Part shown: one piece after another, positions 29,815 to 42,463 of the stretch
How positions within the stretch are numbered: position 1 is the stretch's first letter
How the letters are laid out: the number at the start of each line of letters is the position of its first letter
Source of the DNA: an uncultured Acidobacteriota bacterium
Lineage (GTDB): Bacteria > Actinomycetota > Acidimicrobiia > Spongiisociales > ZC4RG35
Assembly: GCA_963828465.1 (NCBI GenBank)
Contig: CAWHEU010000021.1
Span: 1 to 64,000, forward strand
DNA length: 64,000 bases
Reading direction: 5' to 3'
Position numbers and translations under genes: made by a program
The notes under the pieces: generated by a model
What the model saw: the letters and a program-made list of their open reading frames with translations, nothing else
What the model was told of the DNA's origin: nothing
The model's database searches: none

Positions 29815-30890
29815 CAGGATGTCACCAGGTTGGCGGCCTCCGGGCTCCAGGCCAGATACGCCTCCTCGCCCACCTCGTAAAGCTCGACCCCGGGACGATT
29901 CTCCTCCTTGACCTCGATCTCGGTCCCGATGCCGGCATCCACGTCGTAGAAGTGGACGTCGCCGAAGTAGAGCCTCCGGGAGACCTTGACCCGGACCCGG
30001 TTGTAGCCGGCCGGGATCTCCTCGTCGAGGTCGTAGAGCGCAAGCCGCTCCGGCCGCAGAGCGAGGGTGATCTGAGTCTCCGAGCCGGTGGTGCCTCCCG
30101 GCAACTCGATCTCGGCACCGCTGGAGAGACGGGCTCCGCCCGACCCGTTCATCGTGACATCGATGAGGTTGATATCACCGATGAAGTCGGCCACGAACCT
30201 CGAAGTCGGATGCTCGTAGATCTCTTCTGACCGGCCCACCTGAAGGAGGCTTCCCTCATTCATGACCCCGATCCGATCGGACATGGTCAAAGCCTCTTCT
30301 TGGTCGTGAGTGACGTAGATGAAGGTGATGCCGACCCTGCCCTGCAGGTCCTTGAGCTCCACCTGCATCGCCTGTCTCAGCTTGAGATCGAGGGCTCCGA
30401 GGGGCTCGTCGAGAAGCAGGACTTCAGGCTCGTTGACCAGGGCCCGGGCTAGGGCCACCCGCTGTTGCATGCCACCGGAGAGCTGGCTGGGTCGAGCGTC
30501 GGCGCGTTGGGAGAGCTGGACCTGGTCGAGAACTCGAGCCACCCGTCGCTGGACCTCTGACTTCTCGACCTTCGTCATGTTCAGCCCGAACGCGACATTC
30601 TCGGCCACCGACATGTGGGGGAATAGCGCATATGACTGGAAGACAGTGTTGACCTGCCGCTGGTTCGGAGGCTTCAGCCCCATCTCCTTGCCGTGGATGC
30701 GGATGCTTCCCTCAGTTGGGAACTCGAAGCCGGCAATCATCCGGAGAGTGGTCGTCTTGCCACACCCGGACGGCCCGAGCAGGGAGAAGAACTCTCCGTC
30801 CTCGATGGTCAGATCGAGCCCGTTCACCGCAACGACCTCGTCCCCGAATCGTTTGGTGACGCCTGTCAACTCGACCGCGGGGTTCGCCAT
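29814..30890 (-). CDS. potA: Polyamine ABC ATP-binding protein
   Basis: GPSGCGKTT, NTVFQSYALFPH, LSGGMQQR, TOBE-like tail. Confidence 0.93.
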   Translation of the reverse strand: MANPAVELTGVTKRFGDEVVAVNGLDLTIEDGEFFSLLGPSGCGKTTTLRMIAGFEFPTEGSIRIHGKEMGLKPPNQRQVNTVFQSYALFPHMSVAENVAFGLNMTKVEKSEVQRRVARVLDQVQLSQRADARPSQLSGGMQQRVALARALVNEPEVLLLDEPLGALDLKLRQAMQVELKDLQGRVGITFIYVTHDQEEALTMSDRIGVMNEGSLLQVGRSEEIYEHPTSRFVADFIGDINLIDVTMNGSGGARLSSGAEIELPGGTTGSETQITLALRPERLALYDLDEEIPAGYNRVRVKVSRRLYFGDVHFYDVDAGIGTEIEVKEENRPGVELYEVGEEAYLAWSPEAANLVTS

Positions 30891-32506
30891 CAGACCTCCT
30901 CGTACACCACCCGTCCGCCAACCACGGTCATCGCCACGGTTGCATCCCGGATATGCCCACTCGCCATCGGATCGCGGTCTATGACCGCCAGGTCGGCGAG
31001 CATACCGACAGCCAGGGTCCCGCTGACGTCCTCACGATGGTTCACGTAGGCGGATCCTGAAGTGAATCCGGCCAGCGCATCGAGGAAGGTGATCCTCTCG
31101 TTCTCATTGAGAGGTCCGGCGTCTGGCTCGTCGTGATTCGATCTCGTCACGGCCGCGTCGATCTGATCCATGACATCGGCTGTCGAGACGCCCCAGTCGG
31201 AGCCCATGGCGAGAGTGGCGCCGGCGCGGAGGAGGCTTCCGAACGGGTACTGCCACCGGGATCGCTCCTCCCCGAGATACGGCTTCGTCAGCACGCGCTG
31301 GTCCTCGCCATCCTGAGCCCAGAGCGCCTGTGCGTTGGCGACCACGCCGAGCCGGCGGAAACGAGGGATGTCGTCGGGGTGAACCACCTGGATATGGCAG
31401 ATGGTGTGGCGGGTTCCCACCCAGCCGTTGGTGAGGCGAGCAGCCTCCACGGCGTCCAACCCGCTTCGTACGGCTCCGTCCCCGATGGCGTGGAAATGAC
31501 AGGAGAATCCTCGGCTGTCGAGCTCGACCACGATCTCACGAAGCAGGTCCGGCTCGAGGAAGTCGATGCCCGTGTTGCCGGTGGGATGCCCCGCCCCGTC
31601 GAGGTAGCTCTCCAGCATCGAGCCGGTGAAGTTCTCCACAACGCCGTCGAGCATGAGCTTCACCGTTGTAGGCAGGTAACGGCCAAGGGGCTGGGACCGC
31701 ATCCGCTCTAGATCCTCGATCTGCTCCATCCCTTTTCGTGGGCTCCACCACAAGGCGCCGACCGCGGTCCCGATCAGCTCGTCGCTTGCGGCCAACGCCC
31801 GATAGGCGCGGTGGGTCTCCTCGTCGATATGGGCGTCCTGCCAGGCTGTGATCCCCTTGGTGAGCAGATATGCCTGCCCGGCCAGCAACCCGGCACGCAC
31901 ATCCTCGTCGGTGTCCTCCGGTGCCATGCGCTCCACGAGCCAGGCGGCGCCTTCATGCAGTGTGCCTTGGGGTTGGTTGTCCCCGTTCCGCTCGATACGC
32001 CCGTCTGTTGGATCGGGTGTCGACGCGTCGACCCCGCTCAGAGACAGGGCGAGCGAGTTTGCCCATGCGCCATGCCCATCGGCGTTGTAGACGAGGACCG
32101 GACGGTCGGGAACAACGGCGTCGAGAGCCTCCTTGGGAGGGCATCCACGTGGGAACCAGGTCTGATGCCAGCCACCGCCGAGGATCCATTCCGTTTCCGG
32201 GTGATCAGTCGCATACCGGGCGACGTATGCGATGGCGTCCTCGGCACTGGCACACCCCTCGAACGAGCACCGGAGGAGGTCGAGACCACTGCTCCCGGGA
32301 TGGCAATGAGCATCCTGAAATCCAGGACTGAGCATCCGGCCGGCGAGATCGACCACTCGTGTCGTCGGACCAATCGATTCGGAGACAGTGGCTTCATCTC
32401 CCACGGCAGTTATCCGCTCCCCGGTGACGGCAAGGGCCCTCACGAACGAACGCGCCGGCCCGGCGGTGAAGACTGGCCCGTTGACGAAGACGAGGTCGGC
32501 CGGCAT
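30890..32506 (-). CDS. Amidohydrolase-3 (YtcJ-like) metal-dependent hydrolase
   Basis: PGFQDAHCH, KLMLDG, FHAIGD, RHTICH, GSDW, LADLAV. Confidence 0.88.
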   Translation of the reverse strand: MPADLVFVNGPVFTAGPARSFVRALAVTGERITAVGDEATVSESIGPTTRVVDLAGRMLSPGFQDAHCHPGSSGLDLLRCSFEGCASAEDAIAYVARYATDHPETEWILGGGWHQTWFPRGCPPKEALDAVVPDRPVLVYNADGHGAWANSLALSLSGVDASTPDPTDGRIERNGDNQPQGTLHEGAAWLVERMAPEDTDEDVRAGLLAGQAYLLTKGITAWQDAHIDEETHRAYRALAASDELIGTAVGALWWSPRKGMEQIEDLERMRSQPLGRYLPTTVKLMLDGVVENFTGSMLESYLDGAGHPTGNTGIDFLEPDLLREIVVELDSRGFSCHFHAIGDGAVRSGLDAVEAARLTNGWVGTRHTICHIQVVHPDDIPRFRRLGVVANAQALWAQDGEDQRVLTKPYLGEERSRWQYPFGSLLRAGATLAMGSDWGVSTADVMDQIDAAVTRSNHDEPDAGPLNENERITFLDALAGFTSGSAYVNHREDVSGTLAVGMLADLAVIDRDPMASGHIRDATVAMTVVGGRVVYEEV

Positions 32507-32552
32507 GGCGCGGCAGAGTACCCACGGTTTGCCACCGCTACCCTCGTCGCCC

Positions 32553-33791
32553 ATGTCCTCCTTCTGGCACCCGTTCGCGGAGATGAGCAAGGTGCAGCAC
32601 GCGCCGTTCATCGTCGATCGCGGTGAAGGGATCTACGTCTACGACGAGTCAGGCCGGCGCTATCTCGATGCCGCCGCCTCCCTCTGGTACATGAACGTCG
32701 GCTACGGCCGGACGGAGATCATCGACGCCATGGCGGAGCAGATGCGCAAGCTGCCCGCGTTTCATGCCTTCATCGACTACGGGACCAGGCCCGCAATCGA
32801 CCTGGCGGACCGGATCGCGTCGGTCTCCCCGGACCCCGGCTCGAAGGTCTTCTTCGGATCGGGCGGATCGGATGCCGTCGACACCGCGGCCAAGATGACC
32901 CGGCGCTATTTCAATGCGATCGGCCAGCCCGAGCGCACCGTCTTCATCTCCAGGGAATGGGCCTACCACGGCATGCATCCCTATGGCACGTCGCTGGGCG
33001 GGATGGAGCCCAATCGCGCCGGATACGGCGGCGACCTGGTGACCGACATCGTGATCGTCCCCCACGACGATGCCGAAGCCGTGGAGAAGGCGATAGACCA
33101 TGCCGGTGCCGACCGAATCGCCGGAATCTTCGTCGAGCCCGTCATTGGAGCGGGTGGAGTCCGCCCGGTCGAGGAGTCGTACTTCGGGGCAGTCCAGGAA
33201 CTGGTCCGCAATGCCGGTGGGCTCTACGTCTCGGACGAAGTCATCACCGGCTTCGGGCGGGTCGGGGACTGGTTTGCTGCCAACAAGTACGGTCTGGAGC
33301 CTGACCTGATCACGTTCGCCAAAGGCGTCACATGCGGGTACGCCCCTCTGGGTGGGGTGATCGCGTCTCCGAAGGTTGCCGCTCCGTTCTTCGACACGCC
33401 CGGACTCATGTTCCGCCACGGCTACACGTACTCGGGCCACACCACGGCCTGTGTTGCCGGCCTGGTCGTGATGGACATCCTGGAGCGGGAGGGACTCCTC
33501 GCTCGTGCCGCCGAGCTCGAAGACGAGCTCTATCAGGTCCTGCTCCCCCTCGAGGAGCTTCCGGTAGTCGATCATGTCCGACGGGGAGTAGGCGCGCTGG
33601 CGGCAGTTCAGATGGCTGTCGGTGAGGACGAGACACTCCCGTACAGGGCCGCCGCGTCATGCCGCGAAGCGGGTGTCCTGACCCGGGCGGTCGGGGGTGG
33701 CGGGCTTCAGGTATCGCCGCCGCTCATCATGACCCCGGATCAGGTGTCCGAGATGGCCTCACTCTTCCGGGTCGGCCTCGAGGCCATGTGA
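32553..33791 (+). CDS. Class III omega-amine/putrescine aminotransferase
   Basis: FWHPF, SGGSDA, AYHG, EPVIGAGG, DEVITGFGR, FAKGVT. Confidence 0.88.
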   Translation: MSSFWHPFAEMSKVQHAPFIVDRGEGIYVYDESGRRYLDAAASLWYMNVGYGRTEIIDAMAEQMRKLPAFHAFIDYGTRPAIDLADRIASVSPDPGSKVFFGSGGSDAVDTAAKMTRRYFNAIGQPERTVFISREWAYHGMHPYGTSLGGMEPNRAGYGGDLVTDIVIVPHDDAEAVEKAIDHAGADRIAGIFVEPVIGAGGVRPVEESYFGAVQELVRNAGGLYVSDEVITGFGRVGDWFAANKYGLEPDLITFAKGVTCGYAPLGGVIASPKVAAPFFDTPGLMFRHGYTYSGHTTACVAGLVVMDILEREGLLARAAELEDELYQVLLPLEELPVVDHVRRGVGALAAVQMAVGEDETLPYRAAASCREAGVLTRAVGGGGLQVSPPLIMTPDQVSEMASLFRVGLEAM

Positions 33792-35056
33792 AGCACACTC
33801 CCTTCTGGGTCGAGGAGCACCCCAGGCCGGAGAACATCACATCCGATCTCCCCGGTGAGGCCGACGTCCTGATCGTCGGGTCCGGCCTGACCGGGCTCAC
33901 CGCCGCGTTACGTCTGGCCCGTGGCGGAAGGTCGGTAGTCGTGGTCGACTCGGGGGAGATCGCTTCGGGAGCGTCGAGTGTCAACGGTGGCATGGTCTCG
34001 CCGGACATCAAGGCAGGGATCAGGGTCATCTTCGAGCAATTCGGCCCGGAGCTGGGACGGGAGATGTGGCAGGCGACCGTGCGCTCGGTCGACATCGTCT
34101 CCGATCTGGCCGCTGCCGAATCGATCGACGCGAAGGTCATGCGTGGCGGCATGGCTGCGCTCGGTGTTGGGACCGATTCACAGGCCAGGTTCGAGCAGAG
34201 CGTCTCCTGGTATCGGGAGCACGTCGGAGTCGACTGGGAGGTGCTCGGCCCGGGTCGGGTGGGGGAGGTGATCGGACACGGGCCGTTCACGACCGCCATC
34301 TTCGAGCCGGAGGGCTTCGGGATACAACCGGCCCGATTCGTCTTCGGTCTCGCCTCCCGTGCCGCCGCGGCCGGAGCCCGGCTCGTGTCCCATTGTGAGG
34401 CGACATCTTTCGAGAAGGACGGTCCCGGGTTCCTGGTGCTGACCACGAAAGGCCCGGTCCGGACTGGCGAGATCGTCCTCGCCACCAACGGATACACCAC
34501 CGATCGACCCTCCGCCGAGCTCGCCCGGCGCATCGTCCCCGTGGGGTCCTACATCGTGGTCACCGAGCCGATCGCCGATCGTGCCCGCGAGATCTTTCCG
34601 GGCGGGGCGATGACCTATACCAAGAAGCGGCTGCTCAACTACATGCGGCGCACCCCGGACGGTCGAATCCTGATCGGGGGAAGGCGAAACCTCCACACCG
34701 GGCTCGATCTGGACGAATCCGCCGCCGCCCTCCGAGGCCAGCTCATCGGATATTTCCCCCAGCTCGAAGACGTGCCCCTGACACATGTTTGGGGAGGCAA
34801 GCTCGCCGTCCCCTTCGACCTCGTGCCCCACATGGGCCAGGTCGACGGTGCCTGGTATGCCCTGGGTTACGCCGGTCACGGAGTGGGTCTGTCCACACTG
34901 ATGGGTCACGAGCTGGCCGGGATGCTCTTGGGTGAGGAGCCGCCGAGCGTCTTCACCAAGGTGCCCCACCCCACGCGGTTCTACTACCGGGGCAATCCCT
35001 GGTTCCTCACCCCGGCCTCGATCCTCTATAGGACGCTCGATCGTCTGAACCGATAG
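33788..35056 (+). CDS. FAD-dependent oxidoreductase, gamma-glutamylputrescine oxidase (PuuB)-like
   Basis: IVGSGLTG, GASSVNGG, LATNGYT, GYAGHGV. Confidence 0.8.
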   Translation: MKHTPFWVEEHPRPENITSDLPGEADVLIVGSGLTGLTAALRLARGGRSVVVVDSGEIASGASSVNGGMVSPDIKAGIRVIFEQFGPELGREMWQATVRSVDIVSDLAAAESIDAKVMRGGMAALGVGTDSQARFEQSVSWYREHVGVDWEVLGPGRVGEVIGHGPFTTAIFEPEGFGIQPARFVFGLASRAAAAGARLVSHCEATSFEKDGPGFLVLTTKGPVRTGEIVLATNGYTTDRPSAELARRIVPVGSYIVVTEPIADRAREIFPGGAMTYTKKRLLNYMRRTPDGRILIGGRRNLHTGLDLDESAAALRGQLIGYFPQLEDVPLTHVWGGKLAVPFDLVPHMGQVDGAWYALGYAGHGVGLSTLMGHELAGMLLGEEPPSVFTKVPHPTRFYYRGNPWFLTPASILYRTLDRLNR

Positions 35057-35065
35057 GCTCGGGGC

Positions 35066-35365
35066 ATGAGCTTCCCACAAGAGTCGACCGCATATCCCGA
35101 GGCCAGTCAGGCCTCCACCGCCCTCGTCCTGGGCATCGTTGGCCTGGTCTGTTGCCAGATCCTCGGCATCGTGGCCTGGATCATGGCCAACAACGAGTTG
35201 GAAGCGATCAAGGAAGGGCGCCGCAACCCGCAGAACGAAGGCACGGCTACCGCCGCACGGATCATCGGGATAATCGCCACGGTGCTTCTCGGGCTCGGGA
35301 TCATCGCGCTGATCGTCGGGATCATCGCCGGTGTGGCGCTGATCCCCTTGTCGGACGAGTTCTGG
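35066..35365 (+). CDS. DUF4190-like membrane protein (stop codon probably lost to an indel; end approximate)
   Basis: ALVLGIVGLVCC, GTATAARIIGII; a new RBS and ATG follow at 35375. Confidence 0.6.
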
Positions 35366-35374
35366 CGGGAGGAC

Positions 35375-35769
35375 ATGGTTCCGTTGACCAGGGCGTGGCG
35401 AGACCGACTCGTGTTGGCCGCCCCGTTGCGGTGCTCGGGCTCCTCGCCTCGATCAGGCCCCAAGGCGACGGTGTCACGATCTGCCCCTTCGCTCTATTCA
35501 CCGGGATGGCATGCCCGGGCTGTGGCATGACCCGGGCCGCCTCGTCCCTGATCCGGGGTGACCTGACCACCGCCCTCGGCTACCACCCCCTGGTGCCGTG
35601 GATCGCCCTGTTGTCGATCGGAGGATGGGCGTGGTTCCTGCTGCGTCGTTCGGGTCGGGTCGAACCCCTCCCGACGAGATGGGTGAACACCATCCTCATC
35701 GGCACCGGGGTCATGCTTCTTGGCGTATGGGCCGCCCGTCTTCTGAGTGGGACGCTGCCGCCGGTCTGA
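35375..35769 (+). CDS. DUF2752 membrane protein; frameshift near 35428
   Basis: CPFALFTGMACPGCGMTRA, YHPL; GGGAGG RBS. Confidence 0.78.
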
Positions 35770-36589
35770 CCCGCCGGCGAAATACGCGGAAGACGATCGC
35801 CGCAGCCATCGCGACCAGGCCGATGGTCAGCGGCACCATCCATTTCGAGTTTGCGAGGAGCGCGAAGCTCTCCCGGAACGGCGCCCTTCCGCCCTCCGGA
35901 TCGACAAGCCATGACCCAAGACGCAGCAGCACAGCGAACGAAAGCGCGCCGAGGGCGAAGCGGGTGAGCAGCGCCCTGAACGCTCGCATCCGATCCATCG
36001 ACATGACGATGTAGGCAGTTCCTGCAAAGAGCATGAGCAACGCGCCGAGCATCGCCGCTGTGCCGAGATTTGCCGCCAGTGGCGAGGACGCTCCAACGAA
36101 CGGCTGATCCGACGCGTCACGAATCACTAGCGGGTCGAGTCGGGCCAGGGCGGCTTCGACTTGCTCGTTGGTCACCGGCACACCGGCCTCGTTCAGCCCC
36201 GTCGTGATCTGGCCCGAAGCGGGGAGCAGGATGGCGGCAACATCGACCGTGCCACCACTCGGGTCGCCCGAGGCTGCCGCTTCCACACCCTCGGCCACGA
36301 GCTCCTCGAGGACCGGCCCTACCGACGGGTGGGCCAGCACCTGGTCGGCCGCGACCGAAGCGCCGACACCATCGACTCCGGCATTGACGAGCTCGGCCTC
36401 CAGCCATGTGGCAAGACGGTCCGACACCATGTCGCCTGCCGCCAGCGGACTGAGTGTGTCGGCCAGTTCATTGGTGTCGACCACGACCGCCCTGCCCCAG
36501 ATTCCGACCAGAAGCACGGTGGAGGCGAGGCCGAACACCCAACCCGCCACACCGATGGCAAAGCGTCTGCTGCGATTCCGGGAGCTCAA
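35711..36589 (-). CDS. Hypothetical membrane protein
   Basis: N-terminal TM, extracytoplasmic domain, three C-terminal TMs; coupled to the mrp stop. Confidence 0.6.
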   Translation of the reverse strand: MSSRNRSRRFAIGVAGWVFGLASTVLLVGIWGRAVVVDTNELADTLSPLAAGDMVSDRLATWLEAELVNAGVDGVGASVAADQVLAHPSVGPVLEELVAEGVEAAASGDPSGGTVDVAAILLPASGQITTGLNEAGVPVTNEQVEAALARLDPLVIRDASDQPFVGASSPLAANLGTAAMLGALLMLFAGTAYIVMSMDRMRAFRALLTRFALGALSFAVLLRLGSWLVDPEGGRAPFRESFALLANSKWMVPLTIGLVAMAAAIVFRVFRRRVRPAAASHSEDGRPIRQEA

Positions 36590-37665
36590 TTGATCACGAG
36601 CGCCGGGTTGGTCCTGATGCGGGGCCGCTTGTCGACGACCGCTTTGGCCAGGCCGTCGAACGCATCCGCTGCCTCGGACCCGGGAGCGGCGATCGAGACC
36701 GGATGCCCTTCGTCGGCGCCTCTCCCCATCGCCGGCAACAGCGGGATCTGAGCCATGAGGTCCACGCCCAACTCGGCGGCCAACGATGCACCGCCGCCGC
36801 TTCCAAACAACTCATAGCGCTTGTCGTCGTCCGCGGTGAACCACGACATGTTCTCCACCACGCCGATGACCTGCTGGTCGACCTCGGCTGCCATCAGGGC
36901 CGCACGCCGGGCCACCCTCTGTGCGGTTGGCTGTGGGGTGGTGACGAGCAGGACCTGGGCCCGGGGCAGGAACTGGGACATCGAGATGGCAATGTCACCG
37001 GTGCCAGGTGGCATGTCGACGATCAGGAAGTCGAGAGTGTCCCAGAACACGTCCTTGAGGAATTGCTCGATGGCCTTGTGCAGCATCGGGCCCCGCCAGA
37101 TCACCGCTTTGTCGTCACCGACGAAGTAGTCCATCGACATCACCTTCACCCCGTGGGCGGTGGGAGGCACGATCGCCTCGCCCACCATCACCGGGGGCTG
37201 CGTGACTCCGAGCATCCTCGGGATCGAAAAGCCCCAGATGTCACCGTCGACGATGCCGACACGGTGCCCGCCGCGTCGCAACGAGACCGCCAGGTTGGAG
37301 CTGACAGATGACTTACCCACTCCGCCCTTGCCGGAAGAGATCGCCAGCACTCTCGTCTGAGACCCGGGCTCGCCCAGCCCGGGCCCAGACTCGGCGCGCA
37401 ATTTGCCGATCCAATCGATCGCCATCTGCTCGGTCATGACCTCGACGGTCACGTCTGCGCCACGTCCGTAAGGCTCCAGCGCTTGTTGGAGACGCTCGTT
37501 CAGGATCTCGGGCGGGTTCGAATTGGGAAGCAGGAGGTCCACTTTCACCTTGCCGAGCTTCTTCTCGGCCGACTTGACGAGGCCGAGGCTGCCCAGCGTC
37601 CTGCCCACGAGAAGGGGGGATTCGATGGACGCGACCGCCTCGAAGATCTCGTCGTTGGAAGGCAT
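36586..37665 (-). CDS. mrp: Mrp/NBP35 Fe-S cluster carrier ATPase
   Basis: SSGKGGVGKS, WRGPML, DMPPGTGD, GVVENMS. Confidence 0.92.
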   Translation of the reverse strand: MPSNDEIFEAVASIESPLLVGRTLGSLGLVKSAEKKLGKVKVDLLLPNSNPPEILNERLQQALEPYGRGADVTVEVMTEQMAIDWIGKLRAESGPGLGEPGSQTRVLAISSGKGGVGKSSVSSNLAVSLRRGGHRVGIVDGDIWGFSIPRMLGVTQPPVMVGEAIVPPTAHGVKVMSMDYFVGDDKAVIWRGPMLHKAIEQFLKDVFWDTLDFLIVDMPPGTGDIAISMSQFLPRAQVLLVTTPQPTAQRVARRAALMAAEVDQQVIGVVENMSWFTADDDKRYELFGSGGGASLAAELGVDLMAQIPLLPAMGRGADEGHPVSIAAPGSEAADAFDGLAKAVVDKRPRIRTNPALVIN

Positions 37666-37733
37666 CGATTTCCCCTATGCCGGCAGTGGTTAGAAGGCCT
37701 GGCCACTATAGTTTTCGCCGGTTGGTACCCCCG

Positions 37734-38453
37734 ATGGACACCAAAACCCTCGAAGCGAGGATCTCCGATCTGACCGCAGCCTTGGGCGATCCCACCCGGA
37801 GGGCCATCTACATCGCGGTCAGGGAATCGGCCGAGCCGCTGACCACTTCCACTGTCGCCGAGTTGTTCGGGCTCCATCCCAATGTCGCCCGTCATCATCT
37901 GGACCTTCTGGCCGACGAGGGCTATCTGAGAGTCAGCCATCGTCGACCATCCGGCAAGGGCGGGCCCGGGGCCGGCCGCCCGGCCAAGTGCTACGAGGCG
38001 ACCACCAAGGAGGTCTCGGTCCACTTCGCCCCACGCCGGTTCGAGATGCTCGTCGAGATGCTGATCAGGGTGCTCGACCAGGTTGCGCCGGAGAATGTCG
38101 GCCAGGTGGCCGAATCGGTCGGGCGCGCCTATGGGGCGGAGTTGGCCGCCGAGATCGGAGTCCCCGATGAGCCCGGCTACGACGGGGCGGTTCAGGCGGT
38201 CGCCAAGGCCATGACCGGGCTCGGCTTCTCCGTCGACCCGGACGTGCAGGGCCAACAGCTCCTGACCACCCATTGCCCGTTCGGCGAGGCCGCCACCAGC
38301 CACCCCGAGGTCATCTGTTCACTCGACAAGGGCATCGTCGCCGGGATGTTCGGCGCCCTCTCCTATGACTGCAATCCGGTCATCATCCCCCACATCGATC
38401 TCGAGGACGACTGCGTGACCCGGGTCCCGGTGGAAATAGGTTTTAGGTCTTAA
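37734..38453 (+). CDS. SufR-like ArsR-type HTH regulator with C-terminal Cys ligands
   Basis: LGDPTRRAIY, ARHHLDLL, GRPAK, THCPF..EVICSLD..DDC. Confidence 0.75.
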   Translation: MDTKTLEARISDLTAALGDPTRRAIYIAVRESAEPLTTSTVAELFGLHPNVARHHLDLLADEGYLRVSHRRPSGKGGPGAGRPAKCYEATTKEVSVHFAPRRFEMLVEMLIRVLDQVAPENVGQVAESVGRAYGAELAAEIGVPDEPGYDGAVQAVAKAMTGLGFSVDPDVQGQQLLTTHCPFGEAATSHPEVICSLDKGIVAGMFGALSYDCNPVIIPHIDLEDDCVTRVPVEIGFRS

Positions 38454-38464
38454 GTTTTAGGTTC
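38437..38464. repeat. Four tandem AT-rich heptamers
   Basis: TAGGTTT TAGGTCT TAAGTTT TAGGTTC. Confidence 0.7.
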
Positions 38465-38535
38465 CGGGTAAGAGCGGCCAGCCTTTCGAGTCAGGCTTGG
38501 ACATCGGATTCCCGCCCCCTCGGTAACCTTCGAAC

Positions 38536-41269
<2,734 letters not shown>

Positions 41270-41315
41270 AGATCCGGAGGGACCCCTCCAGGGACGCCGC
41301 TTCCTGCTCAGCGGG

Positions 41316-41795
41316 GTGTTTGTCGGCGTCGTTGTCATCGGACTCGCGGTGGCCTGGGCCATCGGCGACCGCGGCGTGGTCGCCCAGGCCGGCGAACCGG
41401 CACCCGACTTCACCGTCGACGTCCTCGACGGGGGCACCTTCTCCCTCTCCGATCACATCGCTGACGACGGCAGACCCCTGATCATCAACCTCTGGGCCTC
41501 CTGGTGTGCCCCCTGCCGGAAGGAGATGCCGGATCTCTCTGCCTTTGCCGGGGAGCACCCCGAAATCGAGGTGGTGGGCGTCGCCGTCGAGGATTCGTTG
41601 GAGGAGGCGAGGACCTTCGCAGCCGAGATCGATCCGGAGTACGCCCTGGCCTACGGCGACGAGGCCTTCGAAGAGGCGTACCACAATTTCGGCCTGCCGG
41701 TCACCTACTTCCTCGACGCCGATGGCACGGTCACCGAGGTCTTCAACGGCATCCTGACGCCGGAGAGGCTCGAGGAGATCACTGCCGGCGTTTAG
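41316..41795 (+). CDS. TlpA/ResA membrane-anchored thiol-disulfide oxidoreductase (start may lie further upstream)
   Basis: APDF, INLWASWCAPCRKEMP, GLPVTYF. Confidence 0.9.
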   Translation: MFVGVVVIGLAVAWAIGDRGVVAQAGEPAPDFTVDVLDGGTFSLSDHIADDGRPLIINLWASWCAPCRKEMPDLSAFAGEHPEIEVVGVAVEDSLEEARTFAAEIDPEYALAYGDEAFEEAYHNFGLPVTYFLDADGTVTEVFNGILTPERLEEITAGV

Positions 41796-42463
41796 GCCGG
41801 CGCCGGGGCCGTTGCGAGCTGCTGCGCGTACTCGGCGTTGGGGCCCGCCACCAGCTCGGCAGTGACGATCAGGCGCTCCGTTGCCGAATACTTGGGATTG
41901 CAGGTGGTGAAAGTGAGCCAGGCCCCCGGCCTGCTATCGGTTACCCAGACGTCGGTTGGGGCGACAATGAACGACTCCCGGACCTCGTAGACGTGGGTCC
42001 CGATGCCGGTGTCGACCTCGACGCGGTCGCCGGGCACCAACAGGTCGAAGTCATGGAAGGGTCGGCCGTAGGTGGTCCGATGCCCTGAAATGACCGCGTT
42101 TCCGGGTTGTCCGGGAAGGGCCGTTCCCGGCATGTGGCCCGGGCCCTTGGCAAGGGTCGGTTTGGTCACGCCCTCGAAGACGACAGCCTCCAACCCGACC
42201 TTGGGGACCCGCAGCAGCGCGAACCCGACGCCGTCGCCAGGCACATCCTCCAGGACGTGCTCGACGACGACACCTTCCTCCTCGATTTCCTCGACTGCGG
42301 GGGTACCGACGTTCGCCATACGTCGCTCGAAAGTCGTCATCGCCTCCGTCTGGACCCGGGCGTTGAGGAGGTCCGTCCCATACAACTGCCAACCGAGGTA
42401 ACCGAAGAGGAAGATGCCGCTCCAGATGAGCGTCCACCCCAAGATCTGGACGTTCCGCCTCAT
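41792..42463 (-). CDS. Class E sortase
   Basis: N-terminal TM, GPGHMPGT..PG..GN..ISGHRTTYG, LTFTTCNP...R. Confidence 0.9.
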   Translation of the reverse strand: MRRNVQILGWTLIWSGIFLFGYLGWQLYGTDLLNARVQTEAMTTFERRMANVGTPAVEEIEEEGVVVEHVLEDVPGDGVGFALLRVPKVGLEAVVFEGVTKPTLAKGPGHMPGTALPGQPGNAVISGHRTTYGRPFHDFDLLVPGDRVEVDTGIGTHVYEVRESFIVAPTDVWVTDSRPGAWLTFTTCNPKYSATERLIVTAELVAGPNAEYAQQLATAPAPA

